A stretch of 64,000 nucleotides of DNA from Mizuhopecten yessoensis (Eukaryota), in NCBI RefSeq assembly GCF_002113885.1, contig NW_018407853.1:534955-598954 (forward strand), written 5' to 3'. Under the pieces are notes generated by a model, which saw only the letters and a list, made by a program, of their open reading frames with translations, had not been told where the DNA came from and did not search any database. This document shows, in pieces, positions 25,360 through 37,600 of the stretch (position 1 is its first letter; each line of letters starts with the position of its first letter). The position numbers and the translations under genes are program-made.

Positions 25360-28300
25360 TCATATAAGAATAGAAATGCTTTCATTCTTTCTGACATAGA
25401 AGTATTTCTTGTTCTTGTTGACAGTAGTGTCCATGAGTACCTCTGGGTCGACACTGGCCGGTAGGTGGTGGAATGGTTGATGTGTCACCAACAAGTGGTG
25501 TACGGACTCCTTCATGTCTCCCACCATCTTGGCTAGCACCATTTGTTTCATGCATGGCTGGCAGGTCTCAAACGCATGCTTCAATGAGGGGGTCAGCATG
25601 GGGAAGGCAAACACATGGCTTGGAGAGATGTCCTCTTGTTGGTAGTGTGCCAACATAGCTCGTGCACAGATGGCCAGGTTAAGACTTGGGAGGTTTAGAA
25701 ACAACTTCAGCATTACAACCATTTCTAACACATGATGCATTTTCTCCAGATTGATGAGTTTTTGTTCCAACTTAACATCTGTTTTGAGAAAGTCTTCGAG
25801 ATTGCTGTGGGTGACAAGCTCCTTCGCCAGAAATGTGAAGAGGTAATCTTGGTGAAGTTTTTCTGCACCTATTTCAGCCAACAGCTGCAGGGCATACACT
25901 CCTGCCAGGTTAGGCATGCGAAGCTTACCCATGTAGGAATCCCTTACCATCTGTGCCACAGTGGTATTATTATTACGATGAACCATTGGTCGAAGTTCTC
26001 CATTGCTCAGCACTGTGAACACATATTTGAAACATTCCACAAGTTCCGAGTAGGAGGAACACTTGTACAGGACTGTCCAGAGATGGTCTGTGAAGTCCAA
26101 GTCCTTACGCTCGTGAAACACAAGAGTGTCCATCACGTTGTTGAATTCTTCATCATTCTGCTCATCATCCGAGTTTGCAAGCTGGCTAGCATCCCCGTGC
26201 TTCAGGATCTCTAATAGAGCCTATCAAGAAGAGACGGTAACAAAAATATGTACTCTAAAAGTCAAATTAATCATTTAACATATTAATACAATCATAGCTA
26301 TGCTATTTCTTTCTGGATTGAATTTATATTAAAAAGTATTTACGCTAAAATTGTCAAGGACATGTGTACGTAAACATATTGTAAAGCAGTACCTCAAATT
26401 GACCTTAAAAAATCACTGTACAGTTTATAATAATTTTACCCTGCAAGAAGTTAATAATTAAGATGTCATGATCAGTACAAGCTATTGTTGATTTTTTCTG
26501 CCAAAGCAGCTATCTTTTTTGTGACATCAATGGAATATGTACTTTATTACATCATTAATATTCCGTCTTTGCGTATTGCAGAGTTATCTTCTCTTGGGAG
26601 CAGGTATTGATTGTTACGTCACTTGTTTGTGAGAGTAATGTCATCAATTTTTGAGAAAACGACGTAATTTTCTCACACAAACCAATGACGTAACAATCAA
26701 TACCTGCTCCCAAGAGAAGATAACTCTGCAATACGCAAAGACGGAATATATTGTTGTTGTTATGGTCACAAGGCACATTTTTAATATGAATTTCTTCTCC
26801 GACAGATATTGATGGTGAACAAACAGGCATATGGACTATTACATGTATACCAGTATATATACCATAACATGTCCAAACTAGATGAGCATTAAAAAACATT
26901 TTCATGTTTGTTTTAATAAAACATGTCAAACTGCAAAACATATTTTATTTATTATTATATATAATTAATAGTCTGAGTTTAAGAGAGTATATACGCACAG
27001 TGTATGAGAGTGCTTTGATTTATAAAAAATATATATGCATATATAGAAAGCTGCAAGACTATGTTTTTCTTTTTGACAGTAAATTCAACTGGTTCTTCGA
27101 TCTCAAGAACAATATATAATTGCCTTTATATGATACCTTGAGTTTGTCCATAACAGGTGTTTCCTCTTCGTATTCAATCCATTTGATTTCTGATGTGGTC
27201 AAACCTACAAGATACATACAATTGTACATGAATTTATATTATACATCAGTGTTACATATGATTCTATCACATATATATTATATATTTATTTAATATAAGA
27301 AGAAAAAATCTCAACAACACGTCTTTAGTACTTTCATCTCTTCGGGGAGATTCTACAGTCTGAAGAATCTCCTTGAAGAGATGAAAGTACTAAAGATGTG
27401 TTTTTGAGATTTTTTCTTTATATATTTTTCTTCGTCCGTAAGTATTTTTTTCTCTGTTTTATAATATATATATAGATGTGGATAAAAATGTCCAACCTGT
27501 GCTTAGAATTTGGAACAAAAACCAAGGCTTTTTAACCTAAATTATATATATATATGTAACCAAGACATTTCTATCCTTCTGTACATAATTTACATACAGT
27601 AAGATTTTCTTACATGGCTTACCACTTTAATTTATCAAGAGGTGTAGACGTCACAAGGTGACAGAATATATAATATATATATTTCAAATTATAAGTAATA
27701 CTGCAATAATTGAAGAAAAATTACTTCAACTGAAAACAAAATTCAGCCAAATAGATTGAAATAACATCACACTTGCCGTGTTATGACATAAAAAATATCA
27801 GTCTTTGAAGTGTGATGTCACCCCTATATGTAAGATTAACATATTCTTCCCACCTCGGAAGTAAGGCAGAAAAATCTTAACCCAAGGGGTAAGATTCCTA
27901 AATGTCTACCTCTTGACTTTGCCAGGGATTGACATTTTTCTGTCTTACTCCTTAAGTGGGGAATGATTATTTTTCTCTCAAATCAAATACAAGTGGTTAT
28001 TACATGAAATACAAATGTTGCTTTCATAATTTCATCATTTCATGATATCAGGGGAATCCCCAATTAAATTTTTATACTATGGTATGACGAGATACCTTTC
28101 CCTGACCGGAAGTGTGAATACATCTTTTTCTTACCCTAGACAAGTGTATCCACACTTTTAACAGTGTGAGATTTCCTTGTCTTACCCTAGGGTTGAGACG
28201 TGGGGATTTCCCTATTCATAACAATGGTTCGACGTCACTTTAACAATACAATGACGTCACCTCAACCCTGAATTTAGCATGTAATATTATCACCACGTTT

Positions 28301-31300
28301 GAGAAGATAACAGGGTAAGAGAAAAAGAATCATTCACCCCCTTGTGGGTGAGATAGGGGAATCTCAACCCTCAGGGGAAGATTCTAAAGTGCCAATCACA
28401 AGGAAAAGTATTGTTTTTGGCAACTTAAGAACCTTCCCCCGAGGGCTGAGATTCCCCTATCTCACCCCCTTTGGGGGTGAGAGATTCTATAAGTCTTACG
28501 GGGGGGAATAATTTTTCTTTCATGGCTTTCCATCATGGGAAAACTCTAGCGTACATGGCTGGCTGTAAGAGATGTATATCCATCGAGTATTACAGTGCTC
28601 CAGATAGCTTGCGTGAATGCGTATTCACGCACGATATTTCACAAACTACGCAAAAGAAAAAAATGAACTTGCTTAATTCACGCAAGCAAAATCCGGAACA
28701 TTGCGTCAGTCTCCGGGTCCAATTTAGCATATTATAACACGCTTACAGTGAGTCACCGAGACGCTTGCATATCAATGCCTCCTGTTACAAACGCTAACAC
28801 AAGAGAGAATTAAATTATGGCGCTATCAAAATGTCAACAATCGGCGGGTAGTTTTACTTCATTCAAAAATGATTCCAAACTTTTCTGTTTTAGCACAAAT
28901 TGCATTAACCTTGTGTATAACATCAATAGAATGTGAACGATCATTCAGTGTGCAAAACCGCCTAAAGTCACGGTTAAGATGCTCTCTCAAAGCAGCAACT
29001 GTCAATACATTGATGAAAATCAACATGTTAGGACCTGAACTGACTTTGAGCCAAGACGGGCTGTTCGAATATGGAATGATAAAAAACGAAGAAGGATATG
29101 TGTACTATTCAAACGAAAAAAATATGCAACTCATTGAGTTTTGGGTTTAAACATTTAAACACAATCACAGTGAAATGGAAAAATAATACCACATGTCAAG
29201 ACAACACAAAAATATGAATTTGAGTCATTCTTAACCGTATACTATAAGAATAACACATACAAATTATTCATCTTATTTCAAAATTTTCAGGTAACGTTGC
29301 TTTTACAGCACTTCATGGTTTAAAATTTAAGTTTTCACCCCAACACTTTGGAGAGGTAGGGGTGAAAAACCCCACATGTTCAAAAGTTATCTGGAGCACT
29401 GGAGTCCCAATTGTTGTGGGACTTCAGGGCAAGAAAAATATTCGGGCCAGTGGATCTTAAAATGCACTTGCCCGAAGTAGAATCTTAAAATTACTGGTCC
29501 AAGATTTAAAAAGTATCACTTTATATATTAAATAAAGACTTGATGCATCAAGCGGAGTGTCCCAAACATTTAAAATTATTACAGGACATTCTGGCAGGTA
29601 AATCAAAAAAAGTTGCAGCTTCAAAAATAATTATATAAAAAAGATTAAAGTTTATTTTGAATCAACAAGTCTTCAGTTTTCATGAAATATTTGAACTCCC
29701 CCACCCAGTAGCTCCAACATTAAAATGAGGATTATTTTTTTACTATTAAATTGCAGGTGACAGATTTATTTTATTTATTCTAATATGTGTGATTATTATT
29801 TAGTTTTAAATTCCTGAAATCCGAGTCAGGATATGTCCGCTTATTAGTCACGCCATTGCAACTTCTTCTTTGATAAACAGGGACATATGTTTTTCAGGCA
29901 AAAACGATGTCCCTCAGTTGTTAAATTTATTTAAACAATGTAGCACATACAATTATTAAATAAGTAAGTAAATCCTTTATCTATCTCTTTTACCTTTTTA
30001 GCTTAAGTTTCAGTTATTTTCACCAGATTTAAATTCTACAAAATCGTCTGAATTGATAGAAAGACTGCTGGTAATCTACTGGCATTTTTTTCTTCAAAAC
30101 AAAGAATAAAGTTTGTTTTCAACTCAAGAACAAACTTTTTGTTTGTTTCATAATGGTTGAAGAGTATCCCACCAAACTACAGTCAATTCATGCATGACAT
30201 TTTCACAATCCAGCACCAAAATATCATCAATCACTTTCCTGTCGGGCAAGTCCATAGAAATTTTCACTTGCCCTTCAACCAAATTTACTAGCCCTGGGCC
30301 AGGGGATTTTTTGCACCCTGGACTTTATTTCTTCTTATACAGGCCTATAGGTATATAATAATTTCTACTCTTACATATAAAATGCAGCTAAAAAAGGCTC
30401 TGGTGGTTTTTTTTTTACACATTTTATCACTAGAATTGATATAGTTCTGGACTTCTTGTACCTGCAACATGAAGCTTGAGGGCTTCTAAAGTGTTGTATA
30501 AACTGTGAGCCGCACTTCGTATGTCTCCCGGCAAAACCTTGGCCTTTATAATTGTTCTGGCATCTAAAGGGGGTGCACTGGTCAACTTCTTCCATCGTAC
30601 CTCTAACTGCAAGGATCCCTGGTATTTATCAATAGGTTGGCGATCATTTTCTTGATGTGATTCGAAAAGGTCATACTTTGCCTCACACTCTATCTGTTTT
30701 CCCGACAAATCCAATTTATGGAAATTAGGCATATGTGATTCGTCACTCTCTGGATCTTTCACATAGATTGAAGAAACCTTCCACCCTGTCCATTTGTTTG
30801 AGTCTGTTGCTTTCAAATAGATTGGCTCAATATACATGCATGCAGTTCTTTTATGATCTAATCCATCACAGAGAATGAAGAGTGAGGGTATTTTGTTAAT
30901 AGCTTGAGCTGAGTCATCAAGAGTCGCATCAGAATCTAATTTACTCTGAATATGATCGGATACTTTGGACGAGTATGCTAGAGACAGATAAGATGCAAGC
31001 TCTCTTGCCTTGTCCAATGGAACACCAGTCGCCCTGACAACAGTTCTTTTTCTGACATTTAGTGATGCATCAGAAGATGGTGAAGAGAAACTAAAATCTG
31101 CGTAAGTTTGTAACTTCAATGGAGAGCCCTCAACTTCACTCTGACTGTGGCTCACACTTCGTGCTGGTCGAGATCTTGTTGAAATGTCATTATTTATGCC
31201 TAGATCTGGTACATAAAATTCTTCTTCAGTCACATCAGCATCAACCACTGAACTGACAAGAATAACAGGAAATTGGAATTCGAACAACTGGCTGGGAACA

Positions 31301-31431
31301 ACATCATTGAGAATTTCTTCATTAGCAACTGAAAACTTTGTTTCGTTATGTTCAACCTTCGTTCGTCTATCCGGATTACATAATAAAGTTTCTACTACCT
31401 CTTTAAACTCAATGATGCTTTGCTCGTCCAT
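25360..31431 (-). CDS. ZWILCH: Zwilch kinetochore protein (RZZ complex subunit), about 632 aa
   Basis: Exons 30462-31431, 27137-27204, 25360-26220 join in phase. The segment ERKDLDFTDHLWTVLYKCSSYSELVECFKYVFTVLSNGELRPMVHRNN...LLAEIGAEKLHQDY...ELV aligns with recalled human Zwilch RSDLDFAEQLW...SYQDLVKCF...GDIQPWLH...MLLEIGLDKLKKDY...EL. Confidence 0.88.
27295..27424. repeat. Near-perfect palindrome of about 130 bp
   Basis: aaaaaatctcaacaacacgtctttagtactttcatctcttcggggagattct, a 9-nt loop, then agaatctccttgaagagatgaaagtactaaagatgtgtttttgagatttttt. Confidence 0.85.
27835..28520. mobile_element. Palindromic MITE-like element related to 6150-6550
   Basis: Hairpins at both ends (e.g. gggtgagatagggggaatctcaaccctc...gagggctgagattcccctatctcacccc) and internal tgacgtca motifs. 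Confidence 0.5.
28593..29401 (+). mobile_element. Internally deleted hAT DNA transposon retaining a dimerization-domain fragment
   Basis: 18-bp TIRs CAGTGCTCCAGATAGCTT / AAGTTATCTGGAGCACTG (1 mismatch). ORF 28869-29150 PNFSVLAQIALTLCITSIECERSFSVQNRLKSRLRCSL is the hAT C-terminal motif. Flanks gagtatta / gagtccca may be a decayed 8-bp TSD. Confidence 0.85.
29425..30320. mobile_element. Non-autonomous TIR element (CAGGG...CCCTG ends)
   Basis: Imperfect TIRs cagggcaagaaaaat / attttttgcaccctg, subterminal GGGC(A/C/T)AGT motifs at both ends, gactt on both flanks. Confidence 0.5.
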
Positions 31432-31628
31432 TTTGACAGAAACACCGTCAACGTATGTGTCAGTCCGCCTTTAAATCCAGCGCCATCCAGCAACCGGTGC
31501 GTGTAGAAAAAATCAGAGTGATTCCGTAGATCCGTACTTTTTTGAAAGATAAGATTTCATTGGTGGTTGGTATTCCCATGAACCAATGAAATTGTTTGTA
31601 TTGTAAATTACACGGATCATTCAGAAAG
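31432..31628. promoter_or_regulatory. Compact bidirectional promoter ZWILCH/EXOSC8
   Basis: 197 bp between divergent start codons. CCAAT boxes in both orientations (attgg at about 31559, ccaat at 31583). YY1-like AAGATGGCCG overlaps the EXOSC8 ATG. Confidence 0.75.
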
Positions 31629-34600
31629 ATGGCCGACGATTTTAAGTACGGGCCGCACGTGGAATATATATTTTTACATTTTGTACATAATTCAATCAAT
31701 TTAATGTTTAAGATACAATGCAGAAATCAGAAGCAATGATTTGTTAAATGATACTTAAAAACACTTTTTTACTGACTTGAACTTAACTAATATTTGGTTC
31801 TACTTTCTGTTTGCTCTTTGAGTCAGTCTTGTTGAAATATTTACTGGTTACTTGTTATTATACCCTAACAGAAGCTTTCATTATGATTATTTAAGCTTAT
31901 CATCATAATTGTTGTTTATATTTGTAATATATGTTAGAGAGGTAAAATATGTCATGTTGACCAAAAAAACCCGATTTCTGCAATATTTACTTAAATATTG
32001 TATGGATTTATTTTGGAACTATTTTTATGGTGACATCAACCTTAGTGTTATATTATTGACTTTGATAACACTCGCTATGTAACATTTTGTAAAAAATATA
32101 GTCGCTTCCTACTGACTGAGTAACAAATAACTTCACTTTGGCTCATTTGATATGGAATCAGACTAGTAAGCCAAAGGCCCCAGGTCTCCGGTTCAGGCAA
32201 AATTTGAGACATTGATAAAGATAATGATAATGACCTTTGTTGCATTGATTCCCGACCTGAGGCCCTGAAAATATTGACAAAAACAGTCCGCCTAGCTCTC
32301 AAATATTGTTGTTGCCCCTGGAAACACTTCGGACAAGTTCTTTCTTGGAGAGTAAAATATTATCCTGGCTGCTTCCAGACTTGTCTACAAAGATTTTCAT
32401 TTTAGCTCTTATGGTGTAGCATTGCACTAAAGCCATAAGGTCCCAGGGTGATACCTTTTAGAGACATTAAAATAATAATGACAAATGTTGCACATGCTTT
32501 TCAACTAAAGCAGAATAATGTTAAGCATGTCAAATGACATTTTTGATGATTTCTAAATGTGAAGCAACTCCTCAATGTGTATGACATCAAACTTGCATTG
32601 TAGGATATCATTCTTTTGAAAAACTTTCCTCAAACGGGGAAGCCAAATCATGATTAATGCAAAAAAAACATATTTTTGTCTTTCATATATTTTATTGGTT
32701 ACAATTGTGTATAATGAAACAGATATGCAATTCATGAGAATGCATCATTAATCATCGAGGTAAAATTTCTTTAATTTTATTCTCAAATGTAATCTACTCC
32801 CTAAAGCTTGTAGATTATGCTCCAGAAGAAACTGAATCTATTGCATTTGACGAATCTCTGAATAAATCAGAAGGAAAACAATAGCGTCACATGCCTTTGT
32901 AAAAAACTTTGTATAACCCCTACTATGATCCCAAGAAGGAAGCCATTCTAAAATTTCAACATGTACAACAAGGTGCTATGCATAAAACACATATTTTGTA
33001 CTAGAATGCTAATTTCAATACAAGTTTCTTGTTTGAAAGCTAAGTACAGTAAATATACCTCAATCTTATTGTTACTTTTTTACAGAATAGCAAAGCCTGT
33101 TGAGTACTATAGGAAATTTTTGGTAAGTGAATAAGTATAAAGTGATGTACTTTCATGAATGTTCTTTGAAAAAAATGGTATTTATTTTATTGTATCCTCA
33201 CTTTTTTCTCAAGATAGTTGAAAAAGTACTAATTTATTATTATATGAACAGCTTATGGTGAAGTTCTCTGAATGATAGAAAATACCTTCTATGGTAATCA
33301 ACTGATAATTTTGCAATCAGAAAAATAAAATTGTTTGTTTTGAGAGGTAGATAGACAATGCCCATTGTATTCTGATTCAATAGGATTTTTTTTCTTTCAT
33401 ATTTTCTATTTATCATTATTAAACTCTACAGGAGAAAGATGTTCGACCAGACGGCAGAGAACTTGGGGAGTTCAGGCGAACAGTACTTAACATAGGTAAG
33501 TCTATGTATACCGGTACCTGTATGTAATGTTTGTCACTAGAATGTACAATATTCAGCTATTTGATGTGGTCTTTAATACAGGTTACACAAGTGTTTTGGA
33601 GTATGTATAAGGAATTCAGCAATGCTTTTAACGAGATAAAGATCTTGAATGGCTATTTTGGTTTAGTCATGGTACCTCAACAATATGAAGTCTGCACCAT
33701 GTTATAATACAAGAAGTGAAAACATACTCTTTGAAGAACCACAAGCCATATAGTCTTTGCAAATGTAAACCCCTATAAAACAAAATGTACAAGAATTATT
33801 AGTCTACATAGAATTATACTTCATGTATACTAATACATACCACCAATTCTTGTAGTCCAGTAACATCCATCCCATATATGTTCAGTGGCACTCTAAGGAT
33901 AGAACCATAAATGTGAAAATGTTTATATGTTTGTTATAGTCCAATAACATCCATCCCATATATGTTCAGTGGCACTCTAAGAATAGAACCATAAATGTTA
34001 AAATGTTTATATGGTTGTTATAGGTTGTATCACAACAGCTGAGGGGTCTGCTCTAGTCAAGCTGGGAAATACAACTATCATGTGTGGTATCAAGGCAGTA
34101 AGTGTTATTGTAGAGTACGCATTTCTGTGGTATCGTATAATTAAGCCCAAATATACATAAGAAGTCGGTTACCAAGATTTGATCATAATAACGGTAAACC
34201 TTTTTGATGAAGGCACAGGTACTCCCGATTACAGACATCGATATACATACGACATATATATACATACTATTGCATCAAAATCTCAATGCAATATATGCTA
34301 TTTTGAGCAATTTGACTATCACAAAATTTAACCAGTTCTGTTGTATTACAGTGTTTTAGCTATGGTATAAAAAAGGAGATACAGACCTATATAAACAGAA
34401 AAGCTATACAACCTCAAACACTAACCCTCTTACATTTTGATGTACGCCTGAGTAAGGCTGATACCACATTCTTCTAGTCTCCATTGACAAGATGTATATC
34501 TTCTAGTGAGTGTTCAGTGTGCAAGAGTTATTTACAAATTATGCATTATATAATTTAGATACCTATATATTAAGTTAGCTCTATATCTTAATTGGAGTGT

Positions 34601-37600
34601 TCTATATTTACTATGAAAATAAACAGCTTATGTTTTTTTTTATTAAAATTCAAAAAACATTTTGAATGGCCAAGCTTTCAGATATTACATGAATGAAATA
34701 TTAATCATCAATAACTTTTTTTAAATCTCACTTTTTTCCACTTCAGGAACTAGCAGCACCAAAACCAGCAGAGCCAGACAGAGGATTCATTGGTAAATAT
34801 TGACACTTTTTGGTTCACTGTACCACAATACAATTATGCTTTGTCCAATTATAAGGTTGCAAAGAGACAGTCATGCTACTAATTAATGTATAATTTTTGC
34901 ATCCTCATCCAAGTGAATATTGTGTTTTATCAAACTTTGTTTTCAGTTTTATTAATGTTTAAACATAGGATATAAAGAAAGAAATTTGTCAATTAAATTC
35001 ATATATTCTGAATAATTTTTATGAAAATGGTATGATGCTGGGCACCAAGATACCTCTGGCGTCTCTTGTTTTCCTTAACTTTCTAATGGTGTAAAACATG
35101 GCAAGGTTCTTGAATTAGCAAATTAATTATAATAATTAGCACTCTCCTTTATACAGAAAGTCAGTGTAAAAGTGTTGTTTTTTGCAGTGCCCAATGTACA
35201 GCTGACACCCCTTTGTTCTCCACATTTCCGACCAGGACCACCCAGCGAACAAGCCCAGGTTATGAGCCAGTTTATTGCAGAAGTTATCAAAAAGTAGGTA
35301 AAGTACCTTCAGTAAAAGGTGATGTGATGTAAGGTATTTCACACCTTCAGAATGTAAGTTTTGCAGGATAAGTCTGATACTGTAGGACACGAAAGCCCTG
35401 CAGTAACATTCACAGTTGTTGTGGTTAGAAAGGAAGCTTGAATGTTAATACAGATAATTCATGTACAACTTAAATGAGTTTAATGTACAACTTAAATGAG
35501 TTTAATGACTTTTACTGACATGTAACAGCTGCATGAACAAAAATGGAACGGTTTGTAATCATAAAACTGAAAGATAGTGCTAAAACATAAGCCATGTTAT
35601 TCAGTAGCAGTATGACTGACAAACCCCTGTAAAACATCCTTAGAAAGTCTGTAAAAAAACCCACATGTTTGTTAGAGTTGAGTGCTGGACATACACTCTG
35701 CCCCTTTGGATAACACCCTGATTTTAAGCCTTCATTATGTTAATGATATATTCAAGTCAACATGGCATTACAAATTATCAACCTCAAACAACATTCAAAC
35801 AAATCCTGAAAATATTTACATCAGTAACAAAAATTGAGTTTGAAATTTGACCTCATAACATTATTTAGGTGATACAATATGATGCATATATGGATTCTCT
35901 TTCTGAACACACTGTATCCTGGTCAATGTATGTCCTAAAGGCACTGTAGATTGTTCAATGTGTGTCCTAAAGGTGCTGTAGATTGTTAAATGTATGTCCT
36001 AAAGGTGCTGTAGATTGTTCAATGTATGTCCTAAAGTTGCTTTAGATGGTTCAATGTATGTCCTATGGGTGATGTAGATTGATCAATGTGTGTTCTAAAG
36101 TTGCTTTAGATGGTTCAATGTATGTCCTAAAGGTGATGTAGATTATTCAATGTATGTCCTAAAGGTGCTGTTGATTCTTCAATGTATGTCCTAGATTTGC
36201 TGTAGATTGTGCAATGTATGTCCTAGATTTGCTGTAGATGGTTCAATGTTTGTCCTAAATGAGCTGTTACCTGGTCAATGGAAGTCCTAAAGCAATTCCT
36301 TAGTGAATGTGTCCTAAAATCACTGCAGTCTGGTCATTTTTTGTTCTAAATACACTGCAGACTGGGAAGTTTGTACAATTATTTGTTACCAATTTTTTCA
36401 AGCAGAAACACTAACTTATTTTTGCCTTTTTCATTACAGTTCAGGATGTGTCGACTGTCAAAATCTTTGTGTCGTACCAGGAAAGGTAAGAACAATCAAA
36501 ATATCAATGTGTCGTACCAGGAAAGGTAAGGACAATCAAAATATCAATGGGTCATACCAGGAAAGGTAAGGACAATCAAAATATCAATGGGTCTTACCAG
36601 GAAAGGTAAGGACAATCAAAATATCAATGTGTCGTACCAGGAAAGGTAAGAACAATCAAATTATCAATGTGTCGTACCAGGAAAGGTAAGGACAATCAAA
36701 ATATCAAGTAAAGTTCGAAGTTCAGTAAAGGTTACCTGAAGGTAAAATGTGAAGGTGAATTAAAGATTAGCTGAGAGTCTCATGGTGAATTAGGGTTTGC
36801 ATGAAGATTGTAAGCTGATGTATTTTTACTTGTCAGCTGATGTCGGTTTTACATTGTAACCTGATGTAGTTTTACTTGTCAGCTGGTGTGGGTTTTACAT
36901 TGTAACCTGATGTGTTTTTACTTGTCAGCTGGTGTGGGTTTTACACTGCGACCTGATGTGTTTAGACTATGATGGAAACGTCTATGACACTGCTGTGTTG
37001 GCACTGCTAGCAGCATTCAGAAACAGTAAGTTCTTCAGTAAGCTCGTCAGAATATTTAAGAATTTTTTTTATCTTATTTAAGGTTTTTTTAAAGAAGTAC
37101 TTGTATAAAGCAACTATTTTTCAACCCATATCACATCACACTAAACATGTTTTTTACCTGTACACAGCTCGTTTGCCACATGTAGAGGAGAAGGAAGAGG
37201 TACCAGAAGTGACCATGGACAAAACATGTTCTTTAATTGTCTCATCACAGCCTGTATCCTCCACATTCTCTATATTTGATGAGTAAGTAGTTAGGACACT
37301 GTTAGTTACATGTCCACATCAGTAAAACAGGGAAGAACACTGCTAATGGTGAATATTTATGTAATATTTGTTGGGATGTAGAGGAGCTTTATAAACCCAG
37401 CCATCAAGGCCCTAGTTGTCTCACTACACATCTAGCATTGGAGTAAGAACCAAGACTACATCATGCATTAATACATGAATGCTCAGGATCACGCAATTTT
37501 GTGACATTTCCAAGGGGAATGGTGAAATAGTAAATGCAAAGTTTAAATAAATTCTGCTCCATAACTGTAATAGTTGTCAGAGCTGCGATAGTTTGTATTT

